DNA from: Eledone cirrhosa
Taxonomy: Eukaryota
DNA length: 64,000 nucleotides
Direction of reading: 5' to 3'
Assembly (NCBI GenBank): GCA_964016885.1
Contig: OZ024743.1
Span: 44,330,001 to 44,394,000 of the forward strand
Shown here: positions 25,745 through 39,122 of the stretch, one piece after another
How the letters are laid out: each line of letters opens with the position of its first letter
Numbering within the stretch: the first letter of the stretch is position 1
Made by a program: the position numbers and the translations under genes
The notes under the pieces: generated by a model
The model's database searches: none
The model's input: only the letters and a program-made list of their open reading frames with translations
What the model was told of the DNA's origin: nothing

Positions 25745-27355
25745 AATGATTTCTTTATTGGCCACAAGGGCTGACATCAAGAAAAACATTGCAGACAGCA
25801 CAGGACGGTACGATGTGGGTTGTGTGCCTGTAAATATGTTTATTATTTATATAAGAAAAGAAAAGTAAGGTCATAGAAACATATATATATATAAACAATA
25901 AAAATGAAAATTGAAACAATGAAAAATTCCCCAATAGGGAGGAAACCTCTGACGGTTACTCGTGGCGAAAACCACACAAAATACCACGGCCAACCTGACC
26001 ACCAGGGCAAGCGCCCTCTCTCAATGTTTCCATCTCTCAAACTACAGACGTATATTCAGAGCGGTCCCGTTCACTCGGACCATTCTCCCTAAATTCACCC
26101 ACCTTTCAACAAACTTGCTAGAAGGCACACCTGCCTCTCCACCCTGATTTTCTTCTTCAAGTGAAACTTGAAAAAGTTAATTAGGGATTCGCCGAAGAGG
26201 AAGGTGTCTATCTTTAACCCTTTTAACCTTGTCCACTACACAATCTTTTTCGCCATGGCCACCAGGCAGATGAAAACCGCATGCCCTTCCTCCTCGAAGG
26301 AAGACGGCAAGACCATCTGCACAATGGACTCAGTCCATAACCAGATCAGTCCTACACGCGACAGCAACTGTTCGACATAGCTCCACAAGTCAGCAATGCT
26401 CAGGCACTGAACGAGTGCGTGCACGACGGTTTCGTCGCTCTGCGCGCATCTCGGACAGGCTCGACTGACGGCACTTCCGTGCCTGTAGAGCTTATCTCGA
26501 ACCGGCAGCGCTCCCCGGTAGCAGTCTGGCCAGAGATTTATGGAAGTTATCCATAGGCCCTGGGCTGAAAGTTCTCCGGAAGAGAGCAAACAGCTGATCA
26601 TCTTCGACGCCCAGGATCTCTCCGAGAATGTCGTCGCTCTTTCTCTCCACTAGTCCTCTATAGAACGCCGAGGTGGATGGTCCACCGATACTGGTGCCCA
26701 GCTGGCAGAGGGAAGTGAGCGCCTGGAGACATTCCAGTTTCCAAGCGCTATCCCTCGGTCTTTTTTTGACCCAGGACTGCAGCTCCGTCAAGGAGACGAG
26801 CTGTGGGAAAACGTGCCTGGCAAACGGCGACCACACCTGTTCACCATCAAGGAAGCACGAGAGATGTCGCAGCCTCAGCGCATGTTTGCGGATCATCAGC
26901 CATGGCATGCCCAGTCCTCCGCGCAACGGTGTTGACAGCAGATGGATCGTCTGACCATGGGAGCGCGTCCCTTCCAGAAAAAGTGGAACAGGAGGCGCTC
27001 CATGTTGGTGAGAGTTGGGCTGGAGCAAGGGACGACGGTGAGGCGGTAGCAGATGACGGATGCGATATACGCATTCGCCACCTCCGCCCAGCCTTTCAGG
27101 GACAGCTTCCTCTCGGCCCATTTCTGGGTGAGGGAGGCCACCCTGCTCGTCACCTCGTTCCAGTTTTTCTCCATCTGGAGGTCCGGTCCGAACCAGACCC
27201 CGAGCAATTTAACCGCTCCGTCCGTCCAACGCCCCACGACGCTGTCGGACGGCATGGACTTGCCTCTCCAGGTGCCGAGCTGCAAGCCCACCGACTTTTC
27301 CTGGATTATCTTTGCTCCTGTCACCGCTTCGTATTCCTTGAGAGCGGTGCCGAGC
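25745..27355 (-). mobile_element. 5'-truncated, frameshifted Tx1 copy (diverged subfamily)
   Basis: Homologous to about 13460-15040 (EKSVGLQLGTWRG, CYRGALPVRDKLYRHG, CPRC). TAA repeats on both sides. Confidence 0.92.
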
Positions 27356-27369
27356 ATAATAATAAGATA

Positions 27370-28105
27370 AGGGAAGAAGAAGCACGTGGTCATGAAATCG
27401 CTCCCGTAAGTTTTTGATTTTTTGATTTTTAACATATTTAAAACAATTGTGATATATCAATTCTTAGTACAAATGATATATAAAGCACCAGACTCAACTC
27501 TTCGAAAATTCGGATCCATAATATCCTGTTATATCGCTCAAATATTCAATTTTGTATTATAAATTTTATATTCAAAAAAGAAAATCGTTATAAATGGAAG
27601 AAAACACCCCCTCTGTCTACACTATATAGAACAGCCAAATAATAGCATTTTCACCAATACCACAAACTAGATACACCACCTATACCATCACCCCTCTGTG
27701 TACACTAAATACAACAGCCAGATAACTGCAATTTCACCACTACCACCACCTATTCCAGCATAATAATAATAATTACTATTATTATTGTCTCAAGTTTTCT
27801 CAAAATGTTTAATTCCAATATTAAGAAAAATATGTCAACACATATATTAAACATACGTGACAAACCGCATAGATACACAGATCAAACAAACTACAGTCTA
27901 GTCAACGAAACTCAGTAACGACAACGCCATCACCACTCCATCCATCATTGCTACCACTCTCCCATCAGCGCCGCCACCACTCCTTCATTGCTACCACCAC
28001 TATTCCCCCATTGCCTTCTGTTAACTTAAGAAAGGGGAATGTGGAGGGTATCACTAGACAAGGGAGAGGCTAGAAAAAGATATAAATAGATTGACTTAGT
28101 GACTC
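27370..28105 (+). repeat. Diverged, 3'-truncated copy of the ~860 bp repeat
   Basis: gggaagaagaagcacg.. start; collinear with 19502-20160. Confidence 0.8.
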
Positions 28106-28109
28106 GGTT

Positions 28110-29357
28110 AAATTTTCTAAGTTTAGTTTGTTTAACATGTTCACCTATTTTGTAGTTTGTTAAAATTTCTATGTCAGATCGGAGGTTTATTTGACGATTG
28201 ATGTTCTCTTGCCAAGTAGATTTCTTGTGGGAATTCCTTTGTTTTTTTCATTTAAACTCCACATAAGTGAGTGGTGGCTTTAGCCGATGCATAATAGAGA
28301 TGATTTAAATCAGTAATGTTTAGTTTGTTTGTTATAATAATATTTTTGAGAATTATGTTAGTCTTGTGCATTATCTTTTGGTTCTGTTTGAAGTTCTGGA
28401 TCTTAGGGAGGGTGTCTCGTTCCCCCATGTCAGATCCTTTCATTTTCATCCATTCGATCATAATTTCATCCTTCAAGTTGGCAAGTTCATTCTCATTCAT
28501 TTCTTTATCATTTACGATCTCATTGTTTTCATTTGGAGTTTCATCTTGAGCATGCACTCATTCCACTTTTTCGATCCTTTCTTTAATTTGTTCTGTTGTC
28601 AGTGATTCCGCCCCAACCCTGGGATTCGAAGTGTTACAATTTACCTCGTTTTCACTGACACATGTTTCATTTTCCCTTCGCTGACATTGTGCTAATAGCT
28701 TGATCTGATCAATTTATATATCAGTTAGTAACTTTCTTTTAACAATATTTCTTCGTATATTGGCTAGTTTGTTACTGTCAATATAGCCTCTGTTTTCGGG
28801 ATGTTTCTTTTTCCATTTGATATGTCTGTTCTGTATTCGATGTATTTGATGGGTAGTACAAGGCAATGTAGAAAGCCTCAAGGACTTCTTTATTATCTTC
28901 CCTTGACCATTTTTCTCTCTTTTTCTTTGAATTTCTTGGTGGTGAGCATGGAAGGCCAACAGTAGGAGTATTCCGGTTATGGGAGGTCTCCAGCTCCGAA
29001 GTAATGGGAAGGTTTGAACCATTAGCTGATTTTTCGACCCCAGTCTGGTTCCTCTCTGAGGGACGCGGCCCTTTTTGACCCGGGTGACGGCCGATCCGGT
29101 ATGAGATTTTACCATTAGACATTTACTTTATTTTGTCGCGTTTTATCCGCCAAGGGGTAATCATTTCGTGTTACCACCTCTAGGACGAGTGTCAACCAAG
29201 ACTAGAGGGGTCGTCCTCCCCTAGAGACACGGCTATTCTCCGCCGGCCGCCATCCCGGTATTTCTTGGTCACGGGGTTTTATTTGTTGTTGTTTTTTTAA
29301 ATTGTTATTATCATGAGTGGTTCCTTAATGTGGGCATTGCGTGGCTTAAGAATGAAA
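28110..29357 (-). mobile_element. 5' portion of Dong family C (inverted)
   Basis: Reverse complement of 20365-21620 and 30469-31685; ORFs 28252-28557 and 28778-29122. Confidence 0.92.
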
Positions 29358-29374
29358 TTATTAATAATATAATA

Positions 29375-30452
29375 TAAACGGAAAAAATGAAACGAAATTT
29401 CATTTCTCACTCTTAGTACGGCTGTTACTTAAATATAGGTATGTATATGTACATACATATATGTATACAGACGTACAGTAGTATGTATATATATATACAT
29501 ACATGCACATATATATATATGTACATATGGATTCACCGAACATTTATTATAATGCTCGGTGTTTTTGTAAACAAACATCCCTAATTAAGCCGTACAGTGT
29601 GTAGCAACCATCGTTGCTCATTTGTTCAACCCTCACAAAGGAACGCTGTACTACTTTCAAGCTTATTAGCTATAGTCAGCAACGTATACCTTCCGGCCAG
29701 ATGATTGAACGATAGCTAATAAGCTTGAAACTAGTACAGCGTTCCTTTGTCAGGGTTGAACAAATGAGCAACGATGGTTGCTAGACAATGTACGGCTTAA
29801 TTCGGGATGTTTGTTTACAAACACACCGAGCATTATAATAAATTGTCGGTGAATCCATACGTACACATATATATATATATATGGGTGCATGTATGTATAT
29901 ATATATATACATAGTACTGTACGTATGTATACATATATGTATGTACGTATACATACTTATATTTAAGTAACAGACGGACTAAGAGTGAGAAATGAAATTT
30001 CATTTCATATTTTCCGTTTATCGTTTTCGGTACCCCGGCCGATTAACTCACTCGTTATGCCAATTAGGCTGCTCAGCCGTTAATGTGCATAGGGAAAGTT
30101 TATACTTTCAGACGTTCAATCATCTGGCAGGAAGGTATACGTTGCTGACGATAGCTAATAAGCTTGAAACTAGTACAGCGTTCCATTGTCAGGGTTGAAC
30201 AAATGAGCAACGATGGTTGCTAGACAATGTACGGCTTAATTCGGGATGTTTGTTTACAAACACACCGAGCATTATCATAAATGTTCGGTGAATCCATACG
30301 TACATATATATATATGTGTGCATGTATGTATATATATATACATTCTACTGTACGTCTGTATACATATATGTATGTACGTATACATACTTATATTTAAGTA
30401 AAAGCTGTACTAAGAGTGAGAAATGAAATTTCGTTTAATTTTTTCCGTTAAT
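29375..30452. mobile_element. ORF-less Penelope-type pLTR / retrozyme-like repeat: three ~300-340 bp units, one inverted and two direct
   Basis: 29375-29710 is the reverse complement of 30111-30452 and, partly, of 29711-30021. Each unit carries all or part of a hammerhead motif. Confidence 0.75.
30140..30180 (+). ncRNA. Minimal type I hammerhead ribozyme
   Basis: cgttg (stem I) CTGACGA, t-agct-aata-agct-t (stem II), GAAA, palindromic stem III ACTAGT, GTA cleavage triplet, cagcg (stem I'). Confidence 0.8.
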
Positions 30453-30468
30453 ATTATATATTTAATAA

Positions 30469-33400
30469 TTTCATTCTTAAGCCACGCAATGCTCACATTA
30501 AGGAACCACTCATGATAATAACAATTTAAAAAACAACAAAAAAGAAAAGCCCGTGACCAAGAAATACCGGGATGGCCCCTCTAGCCTTGGTTGACACTCG
30601 TTCTAGAAGTGGTAACACGAAATGATTACACCTTGGCGGATAAGGATAAAACGCGACAGAATAAAGTAAATGTCAAATGATAAAATCTCATACCGGATCG
30701 GCAGTCACCGGAGTCAAAAACGGCCGCGCCCCTCAGAGAGGAACCAGACTGGGGTCGAAAAATAAGCTAATGGTTCAAACCTTCCCATCACTTCGGAGCT
30801 GGAGACCTCCCATTACCGGAATACTCCTACTGTTGGCCCTCCATGCTCACCACCAAGAAATCCAAAGAAAAAGAGAGAAAAATGGTCAAGGGAAGATAAT
30901 AAAGAAGTCCTTGAGGCTTCTACACTGCCATGTACTACTCATCAAAGAGATCGAATACAGAACAGACATATATCAACTGGAAAAAGAAACATCCCGAAAA
31001 CAGAGGCTATATTGACAGTAAGAAACTAGCCAATATACAAAGAAATATTGTTAAAAAAAAGTTACTAGCTGATATAGAAATTGATCAGATCAAGCTATTA
31101 GAACAATGTCAGCGAGGGGAAAATGAAACATGTGTCAGTGAAAACGAGGTAAATTGTAACACTTCGAATCCCAGGGTTGGGGCGGAATCACTGACAACAG
31201 AACAAATTAAAGAAAGGATCGAAAAAGTGGAAGGAGTGCATGCTCAAGATGAAACTCCAAATGAAAATAATGAGATCGTAAATGATAAAGAAATTAATGA
31301 GAATGATCTTGCCAACTTGAAGGATTAAATTATGATCGAATGGATGAAAATGAAATAATCTGATATGGGGCAACGAGACACCCTTCCTAAGATCCAGAAC
31401 TCCAAACAGAACTAAAAGATAATACACAAGCCTAACATAATTCTCAAAAACATTATCATCACAAACAAACTAAACATTACTGATTTAAATCATCTCTATT
31501 ATGCATCGGCTAAAGTCACCAATCACGTATGTGGAGTGAAAATGAAAAAACAAAGGATTTCCCACAAGAAATCTACTTGGCAAGAGAACATCAATCGCCA
31601 AATAAACCTTCTCCGATCTGACATAGAAATTTTAACAAACTATAAAGTAGGTGAACATCTTAAAGAAAACTAAACTTAGAAAATTGAAAAGAAAGTATAG
31701 TATAAAATCAACAAGTGACATAGACATGCTGATAGAAATAATCAAGCAAAAAGTGTCGGCCAAAGCTGCTTGTATAAGGCGCTTTGAAAGACGATCTAGA
31801 TTCTATAAGGACAATAATATGTTCAAAAACAAACAAAGAAAATTCTACAGTAAAATTGGCAAGTGAACAATAACTGCTAAATATATACCACCCAAGGAGG
31901 AAATTCAAGAATTCTGGGAAAAGATCTGGGCCAAAGAAAAAGTTCATAATATACATGCCCCATGGATAGACAGATGAATGAAAAATACATCTCACCTTGA
32001 GGAACAAATATGGGAAAATATAACAGTTGAACAGTTGCGTTTGGGTCTTAGAAAAACCAGCAAATGGAAATCCCAAGGAAAAGACAAAATACCAAATATT
32101 TGGATAAATGCCTTCACAGAGTCTCATGAGTTGTTAGCCCAAATTTGCAATGAAATAGTTAAGGAGCCAGAAAAGATACCATTATGGCTAGTTAACGGCA
32201 TTACAACCCAATAACTTGCTTGACCACAATGTATAAAATGTTAACATAAGTCCTAACTGAATATACATATGACCACCTGATAACAAATGACCTAATTCCC
32301 AATGAACAGAAATGGTGTAAACGAGGCTCATATGGCTGTAGTGATCAGCTTTTGCTTAACAAAATGATACTGGAAGATTGTCATTTTAGACACAAAAATC
32401 TATCAATTGCTTGGATAGATTATAAAAAAGCATTCGATAGTTTGCCACACAGTTGGATTGAAAAATATCTCCCGTTGTCAGAAGGTTTTTGTCATTCAGT
32501 ATGAAGACTTGGAGAACGACACTCCTTATGAATAGTGAAACAAAATCACTGGAAGCTGGAGAAGTTAATATTAATTGTGGAATTTTTCAGGGTGACTCTT
32601 TATCACCACTTTTATTCTGCATCGCTCTTATACCAGTACGTAAAGTGCTCAATGAAACAAAACATGGATATAAAGTCTATGAGAAACCATTAATCACTTG
32701 TTCTACATGGATGACCTGAAACTATTTGCAAAAAATGATGAATACTTGCAATGGCTATTGTACACTGTGGAGCAGTTCAGTGATGACATTAAAATGGAGT
32801 TTCGACTAGATAAATGCGCCAAAGCAACGTTCACCAGAGGAAAGCTGCAGAAAAGTTCAGACATTAATCTTGATCTGGGGAATGTGATGAGAGAACTTGA
32901 TCAAGAAAAAACTAACAAATATCTAGGTGTTTGTGAAGGAGACGGAATCAAGCACTCGACAATGAGGGAAAGGATAAGGAAGGAATGTTACCGCAGAGTA
33001 AGAGCAATCTTAAGAACGGAATTGAAATGCAAGAAATAGGATCGATGCCATAAATACGCTTACCATACCAGTAGGATCCTACAGTTACAATGTTATCAAC
33101 TGGTCAAGCACAGAAATCCGTAGGCTCGATACAAACATTGGAAAATTCTCAACCATGCATAGAATGCATCACCCTAAGACAGATACAGATAGAATATATC
33201 TCCCTAGGAAAGAAGGAGGACGTGGGTTAATCCAGTTAGATATTGCGTTGAAAACAGCAACAATTGGATTATCTACATATCTAAGGGAATCACATGATTG
33301 GATGATCAAACTCGTTTTGAAACACGAAAGCATCAAAATATCATACTCCATTACAAAAGATGCACTAAGATACAGTAATGGACTACACATTTCAGAAGTC

Positions 33401-34398
33401 CCATTTGCTGATGAAATGGAAAACACAGAAAAAGCAAAGCAGGTAAAAGTAACTGCAAAGAAAGAACTGCTACAGAAGCTGGCTAAGAAATGACAAAAAA
33501 AGCCTCTGTATGGAAAATACCCAGAAAGAGCTAACCATCCTGATGTTGACAAAACTTTAACCCATCTGTGGTTGGTATCCCATGGACTGAAATCGGAGAC
33601 TGAAGGACTGATTATATCTGCACAAAATCAGTGTCTGCCAACAAAAAATTACCAAGCCAACATAATAAAAAATGGATGCAACCCATTATGCCGTGTATGT
33701 AAAAAACAACCAGTGACCATTAATCATATAATTTCAATGTGCAGTCCTATACTCCAACCGAATACCTAAACAGGCATGACAGAGCTGCACAATACATACA
33801 TTGGATAATGTGTAAGCATTTTGACCTGCCCCATCAAAAGAATTGGTGGGAGCATCAATCACCACACATACTTGAAAAAGATCACATCTCACTCTTGTGG
33901 AACTTTAGCATCCAAACAGACCGAAAAATATATGCAAATAGACCTGACATAATACTGAAGGACTTTAAAAAGAGGGTATGCCTGCTAATTGATATGTCCG
34001 TTCAAATAGACAAGAATGTATATATAAAAACATTTGAAAAACTGAGCAAGTATAAGGACCTGGAGATAGAAATTAGCAAAATCGGGAAATTGAGAACTAA
34101 AACAATACCAGTGGTTGTAGGCGCTCTAGGAATGATTCCTAGGGTGTCTAATGATTACTTATCGTAAATCCCAGGAAACCCGCGTATAGGAGAAATACAA
34201 AAGATAGTACTAATGGGAACTGCCCATATACTAAGGAAGATTCTGTCAATATAAGTACATCACAAATCTAAACACCTAAAGATGCATGTGTGTGTATGTA
34301 TGTTCTGTCTTGAAGATGGCGGACCTTGTTGTTTCTTGAGATCACTGGTTGTGACTTGGTGATAACTCGTATGCACATAAAGAAAGATAAATGCAGCT

Positions 34399-34399
<1 letters not shown>
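30469..34399 (+). mobile_element. Full-length but degraded Dong family C copy
   Basis: Collinear with 20365-24388, with many stops and small deletions; (TAA)n tail. Confidence 0.93.
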
Positions 34400-34435
<36 letters not shown>

Positions 34436-34442
34436 TAATAAT

Positions 34443-35305
34443 AATGCTGATGTTGACAAAACGTTAACCCATCTGTGGTTGGCATCCTCTGGACTGAAAT
34501 CGCAGACTGAAGGATTGATTGTATCAGCATAAGATCTGTGTCTGCCAACAAAAAAAAATACAAAGCCAACATAATAAAAAATGGATGCAACCGATTATGC
34601 CGTGTACGTAAAAAACAACCAGAGACCATTGACCATATAATTTCAATGTGCAGTCCTATAGCTCCAACCGAATACCTAAACAGGCATGACAGAGCTGCAC
34701 AATAAATACATTGGATAATGTGTAAGCATTTTGACCTGCCCCATCAGAAGAATTGGTGGGAGCATCATCGACCTCCCGTACTTGAAAAAGATCACATCTC
34801 AATCTTGTGGAACTTTAGCATCCAAACAGAACGAAAAATAGATGCAAATAGACCTGATATAATACTGAAGGACTTGAAAAAGAGAGTATGTCTGCTAATT
34901 GATATGTCCGTTCCAATAGACAAGAAAGTATCTATAAGAACATTTGAAAAATTGAGCAAGTATAAGGATCTGGAGATAGAAATTGGAAAATTGGGGAAAT
35001 TGAGAACTAAAACAATACCAGTGGTTGTAGGCGCTCTAGGAATGATACCTAAGGGTTCTAATGATTACTTATCGCAAATCCCAGGAAACCCGCGTATAGG
35101 AGAAATACAAAAGATAGTACTAATGAGAACTACCCTTATACTAAAGAAGATTATGTCAATATAAGTGCATCACAAGTCTAAACACCTAAAGATGCATGTG
35201 TCCGTATGTATGTCCTTTCTCGAACATTGCGGACCTTGTCTCTTGAGGTCACTGTTTGTGACTTGGTGATAACTCGTATGAACATGAAGCAAGATAAATG
35301 CAACT

Positions 35306-35306
<1 letters not shown>
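34443..35306 (+). mobile_element. 5'-truncated Dong family C copy (knuckle, RLE, 3' UTR)
   Basis: ORF 34718-35164; starts and ends in TAA repeats. Confidence 0.92.
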
Positions 35307-35337
<31 letters not shown>

Positions 35338-35338
<1 letters not shown>

Positions 35339-37377
35339 TAAATGCTATCACAGCGTATCATGAACTGTTAGCCCAACTTTACAATGAAATAGTTAAGGAG
35401 CCAGAAAAGATACCATCATGGCTAGTTAACGGCATTACATTCCTGCTTCCGAAGAATTATGAGACGAACAATCCCCAAAATTACAGACCGATAACTTGCT
35501 TGACCACAATATATAAAATGTTAACATCAGTCCTAACAGAATATACATATGACCACCTGATAACAAATGACCTATTTCCCAATGAACAGAAAGGGTGTAA
35601 ACGACGCTCATATGGCTGTAAGGATCAGCTTTTGGTTAACAAAATGATACTGGAAGATTGTCATAATAGACACAAAAATCTATCAATTGTTGGATAGATT
35701 ATACAAAAGCATTCGATAGTTTGCTACACAGTTGGATTGAAAAATGTTTAGAGATTTTCAAAAATATCTCACGTTGTCAGGAGGTACTTGTCATTCAGTA
35801 TGAAGACATGGAAAACGACACTCCTTATGAATAGTGAATGAAAATCACTGGAAGCTGGAGAAGTTAATATTAATTGTGGAATTTTTCAGGGTGACTCTTT
35901 ATCACCGCTTTTATTCTGCATCGCTCTTATACCATTAAGTAAAATGCTCAATCAATCAAAACATGGATATAAAGTCTATGACAAAACCATTAATCAATTG
36001 TTCTACATAGATGACCTGAAACTATTTGCAAAAAATTATGAACAATTGCAAGGGCTATTATCCACACTGGAGCAGTTCAGTGAAGACATTAAAATGGAGT
36101 TTCGACTAGATAAATGCGCCAAAGCAACATTCGCCAGAGGAAAGATGCTGAAAAGTTCAGACATTAATCTTGATCGGGGGAATGTGATAAGAGAAGTTGA
36201 TTAAGAGGAAACTTACAAATATCTAGGTGTTTGTGAAGGAGACGGAATCGAGCAATCGACAATGACGGAAAGGATAATAATAATAAATATAAGGAGGGAA
36301 AGGATAAGGAAGGAATGTTAACGCACAGTAAGAGCAATCTTAAGAACGGAATTGAATGCAAGGAATAGGATCGATACCATAAATACGCTTGCCATACCAG
36401 TAGTAACCTACCATTACAATGTCATCAACTGGTCAAGCACAGAGATCCGTAGGCTCAATACAAAAATTAGAAAATTCTTAACCATGCACAGAATGCATCA
36501 CCCTAAGGCAGATACAGATAGAATATATATCTCCCTGGGAAAGAAGGACGACGTGGGTTAATCCAGTTAGATATTGCGTTGAAAACTGCAACAATTGGAT
36601 TATCTACATATCTAAGGGAATCACATGATTGGATGATCAAACTCGTTTTGAAACACGAAAGCATCAAAAGATCATACTCCATTACAAAAGATGCACAAAG
36701 ATACAGTAATGAACTACACATTTTAGAAGTCCCATTTACTTCTGAAATGCAAAAGACAGAAAAAGCAAAGCAGGTAAAAGTAACTGCAAAGTAAGAACTG
36801 CTACAGAAACTGGCTAAGAAATGGCGAGAAAAGCCTCTGTATAGAAAATACCCAGAGCGAGCTAATAATCCTGATGTTGACAAAACTTTAACCCATCAGT
36901 GGTTGGCATCCTATGGACTGAAATCAGAGACTGAAGGACTGATTATATCAGCACAAGATCAGTGTCTGCAAACAGAATATTATCAAGCCAACATAATAAA
37001 AAATGGATGCAGCCCATTATGCCATGTATGTAAAAAACAACCAGAGACCATTGATCATATAATTTCAATGTGCAGTCCTATAGCTCCAACCGAATACCTA
37101 AACAGGCATGACAGAGCTGCACAATACATACATTGGATAATGTTTAAGCATTTTGACCTGCCCCATCAAAAGAATTGGTGGGAGCATCAACCACCTCCAT
37201 ACTTGAAAAAGATCACATCTCAATCTTGTGGAACTTTAGCATGCAAACAGACCGAAAAATATATGCAAATAGACCTGACATAATACTGAAGGACTTTAAA
37301 AAGAGGGTATGCCTGCTAATTGATATGTCCGTTCAAATAGACAAGAATGTATATATAAAAACATTGGAAAAATTGAG
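35338..37377 (+). mobile_element. Internal Dong family C fragment (RT to RLE), truncated at both ends
   Basis: ORF pieces 35206-37381; stops abruptly at KTLEKL and fuses to family D. Confidence 0.9.
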
Positions 37378-39058
37378 GTGAGTATCCTTTACCAGTGCAA
37401 CAATATCCTCAAAGCAACAGAAATTGCGTTGAGGAAATTACTTGGCATAAAAGCGAGAGGAAACAACAAACAAGGAAGATCGGAACATTGGTGGAAGAAA
37501 CGACTGAATGGTCAAATCACGGAAATGAGAAATTACATTGGAAAGCTTGAGTCCCTACTGAACGGGACACTACAAAACATAGACACTAAAATTAGACTGG
37601 AAATAAAGTACAAAACTAGGAGTAAAAAGCTAAATATTATCATATAGGAACTGAAACAACGCATTGTAGCAAAGAGCGCAAAGATTAGGCTATATGAGAG
37701 CAGAGTCAGTTAGTATAGACAGAACCGCATGTTTGACAACAACCAGAAGATGTTGTTTGGACAGCTTGAGGGGAAAGAAAGAGGCAACGACTTGATCCCT
37801 GGGGCGGAACAAACTAAAACATTCTGGAGAGGAATATGGGAACAGGATATTGAACATAATGATCAGACAGTGTGGATTGAGACAGTACAAAAGGAGATTA
37901 ATGAACTGGCACACCAACAAACTGATTTGAGTATCACAGTGGAAACTCTTAAGGGGCAGGCCAAAAAACTAACCACCAGGAAATCACCAGGCCCAGATGG
38001 TGTGCAGGGGTATTGGATTAAAAATATAACATCCCTCCACCCGAAACTGACAACCATGTTCAATGACTGCTTGATGTCAGGTGAGGTACGAGAGTGGTTG
38101 ACAAAAGGTATCAGAGGTCTGGTAATGAAAGACCGAACCAAGGGTAATGATGTTACCAACTATAGACCTATCACATGTCTGTCCGTAATGCGGAAACTGT
38201 TAATAAGCATTGTATCTTAGGGAATCTACCATCACCTCCACATAAACAACTTGTTACCGGACGAACAGAAAGGATTTCGAAAGACGTCCCGTGGTACAAA
38301 GGACCAGTTACTTATTGATAAGATGGTAATGAGGAATTGCAGGAGGAGACAACTGGTCGTGCCAAGGGATGGATAGACTACAAAAAGGCATTCGACATGG
38401 TACCTCATTCTTGGATCTGTGGAGAGAGAAAGGAGACTGTGGCTCACATTGTATCAGAGTGTAAACACCTAGCCCAGACTCACTATGATGGCTGGAGACA
38501 TGATGTGATGGGCAGTGTGATCCACTGGCACCTATGCAAAGAAAACAATTTACGACATTCTGAGAAGTGGTATGAGCATAAGCCCGAGTCGGTGATGGAA
38601 AACGATCAGGTGAAGGTGCTGTGGGATTTTATGATACGGACGGACAAGAAACTGGAACACAATAGACCTAACCTGGTGGTTTTAGACAAGGTAAAAAGAT
38701 CGTCTCTGTTTGTGGATGTAGCCTGCCCATTCGACTGGAGAGTGCAAGAGAAGGAGAGTGAGAAAATTAACCGATACCAGCACTTGAAGAGGGAGGTAAA
38801 AAGGATTTGGAACTGCCATGAGGTGAAAGTGGTCCCAATCGTCATAGGCGCACTAGGTACTATCTCAAAGAGTTTCCAAGGATGGTTAAAGAAAATTGGT
38901 TCCGCCCCGCCTTTTGGAACACTTCAATAGGCATGCTTGCTGGGAGCAGCAAGAACCCTCCGATACGTCCTGAATATCTGAGGCTGCAGGTAGTGGCTTG
39001 ATATTCATTTCAACAAACGTTCCAGTTAAATAACATCAATGACTGAGACTCAAAGAAC
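37378..39058 (+). mobile_element. Dong family D copy 2 with RT core deleted
   Basis: KSPGPDGVQGYWIK, NYRPITCL; KAFDMVPHSWI joined directly to CGERKETVAH; (TAA)n tail at 39059-39121. Confidence 0.9.
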
Positions 39059-39121
<63 letters not shown>

Positions 39122-39122
<1 letters not shown>

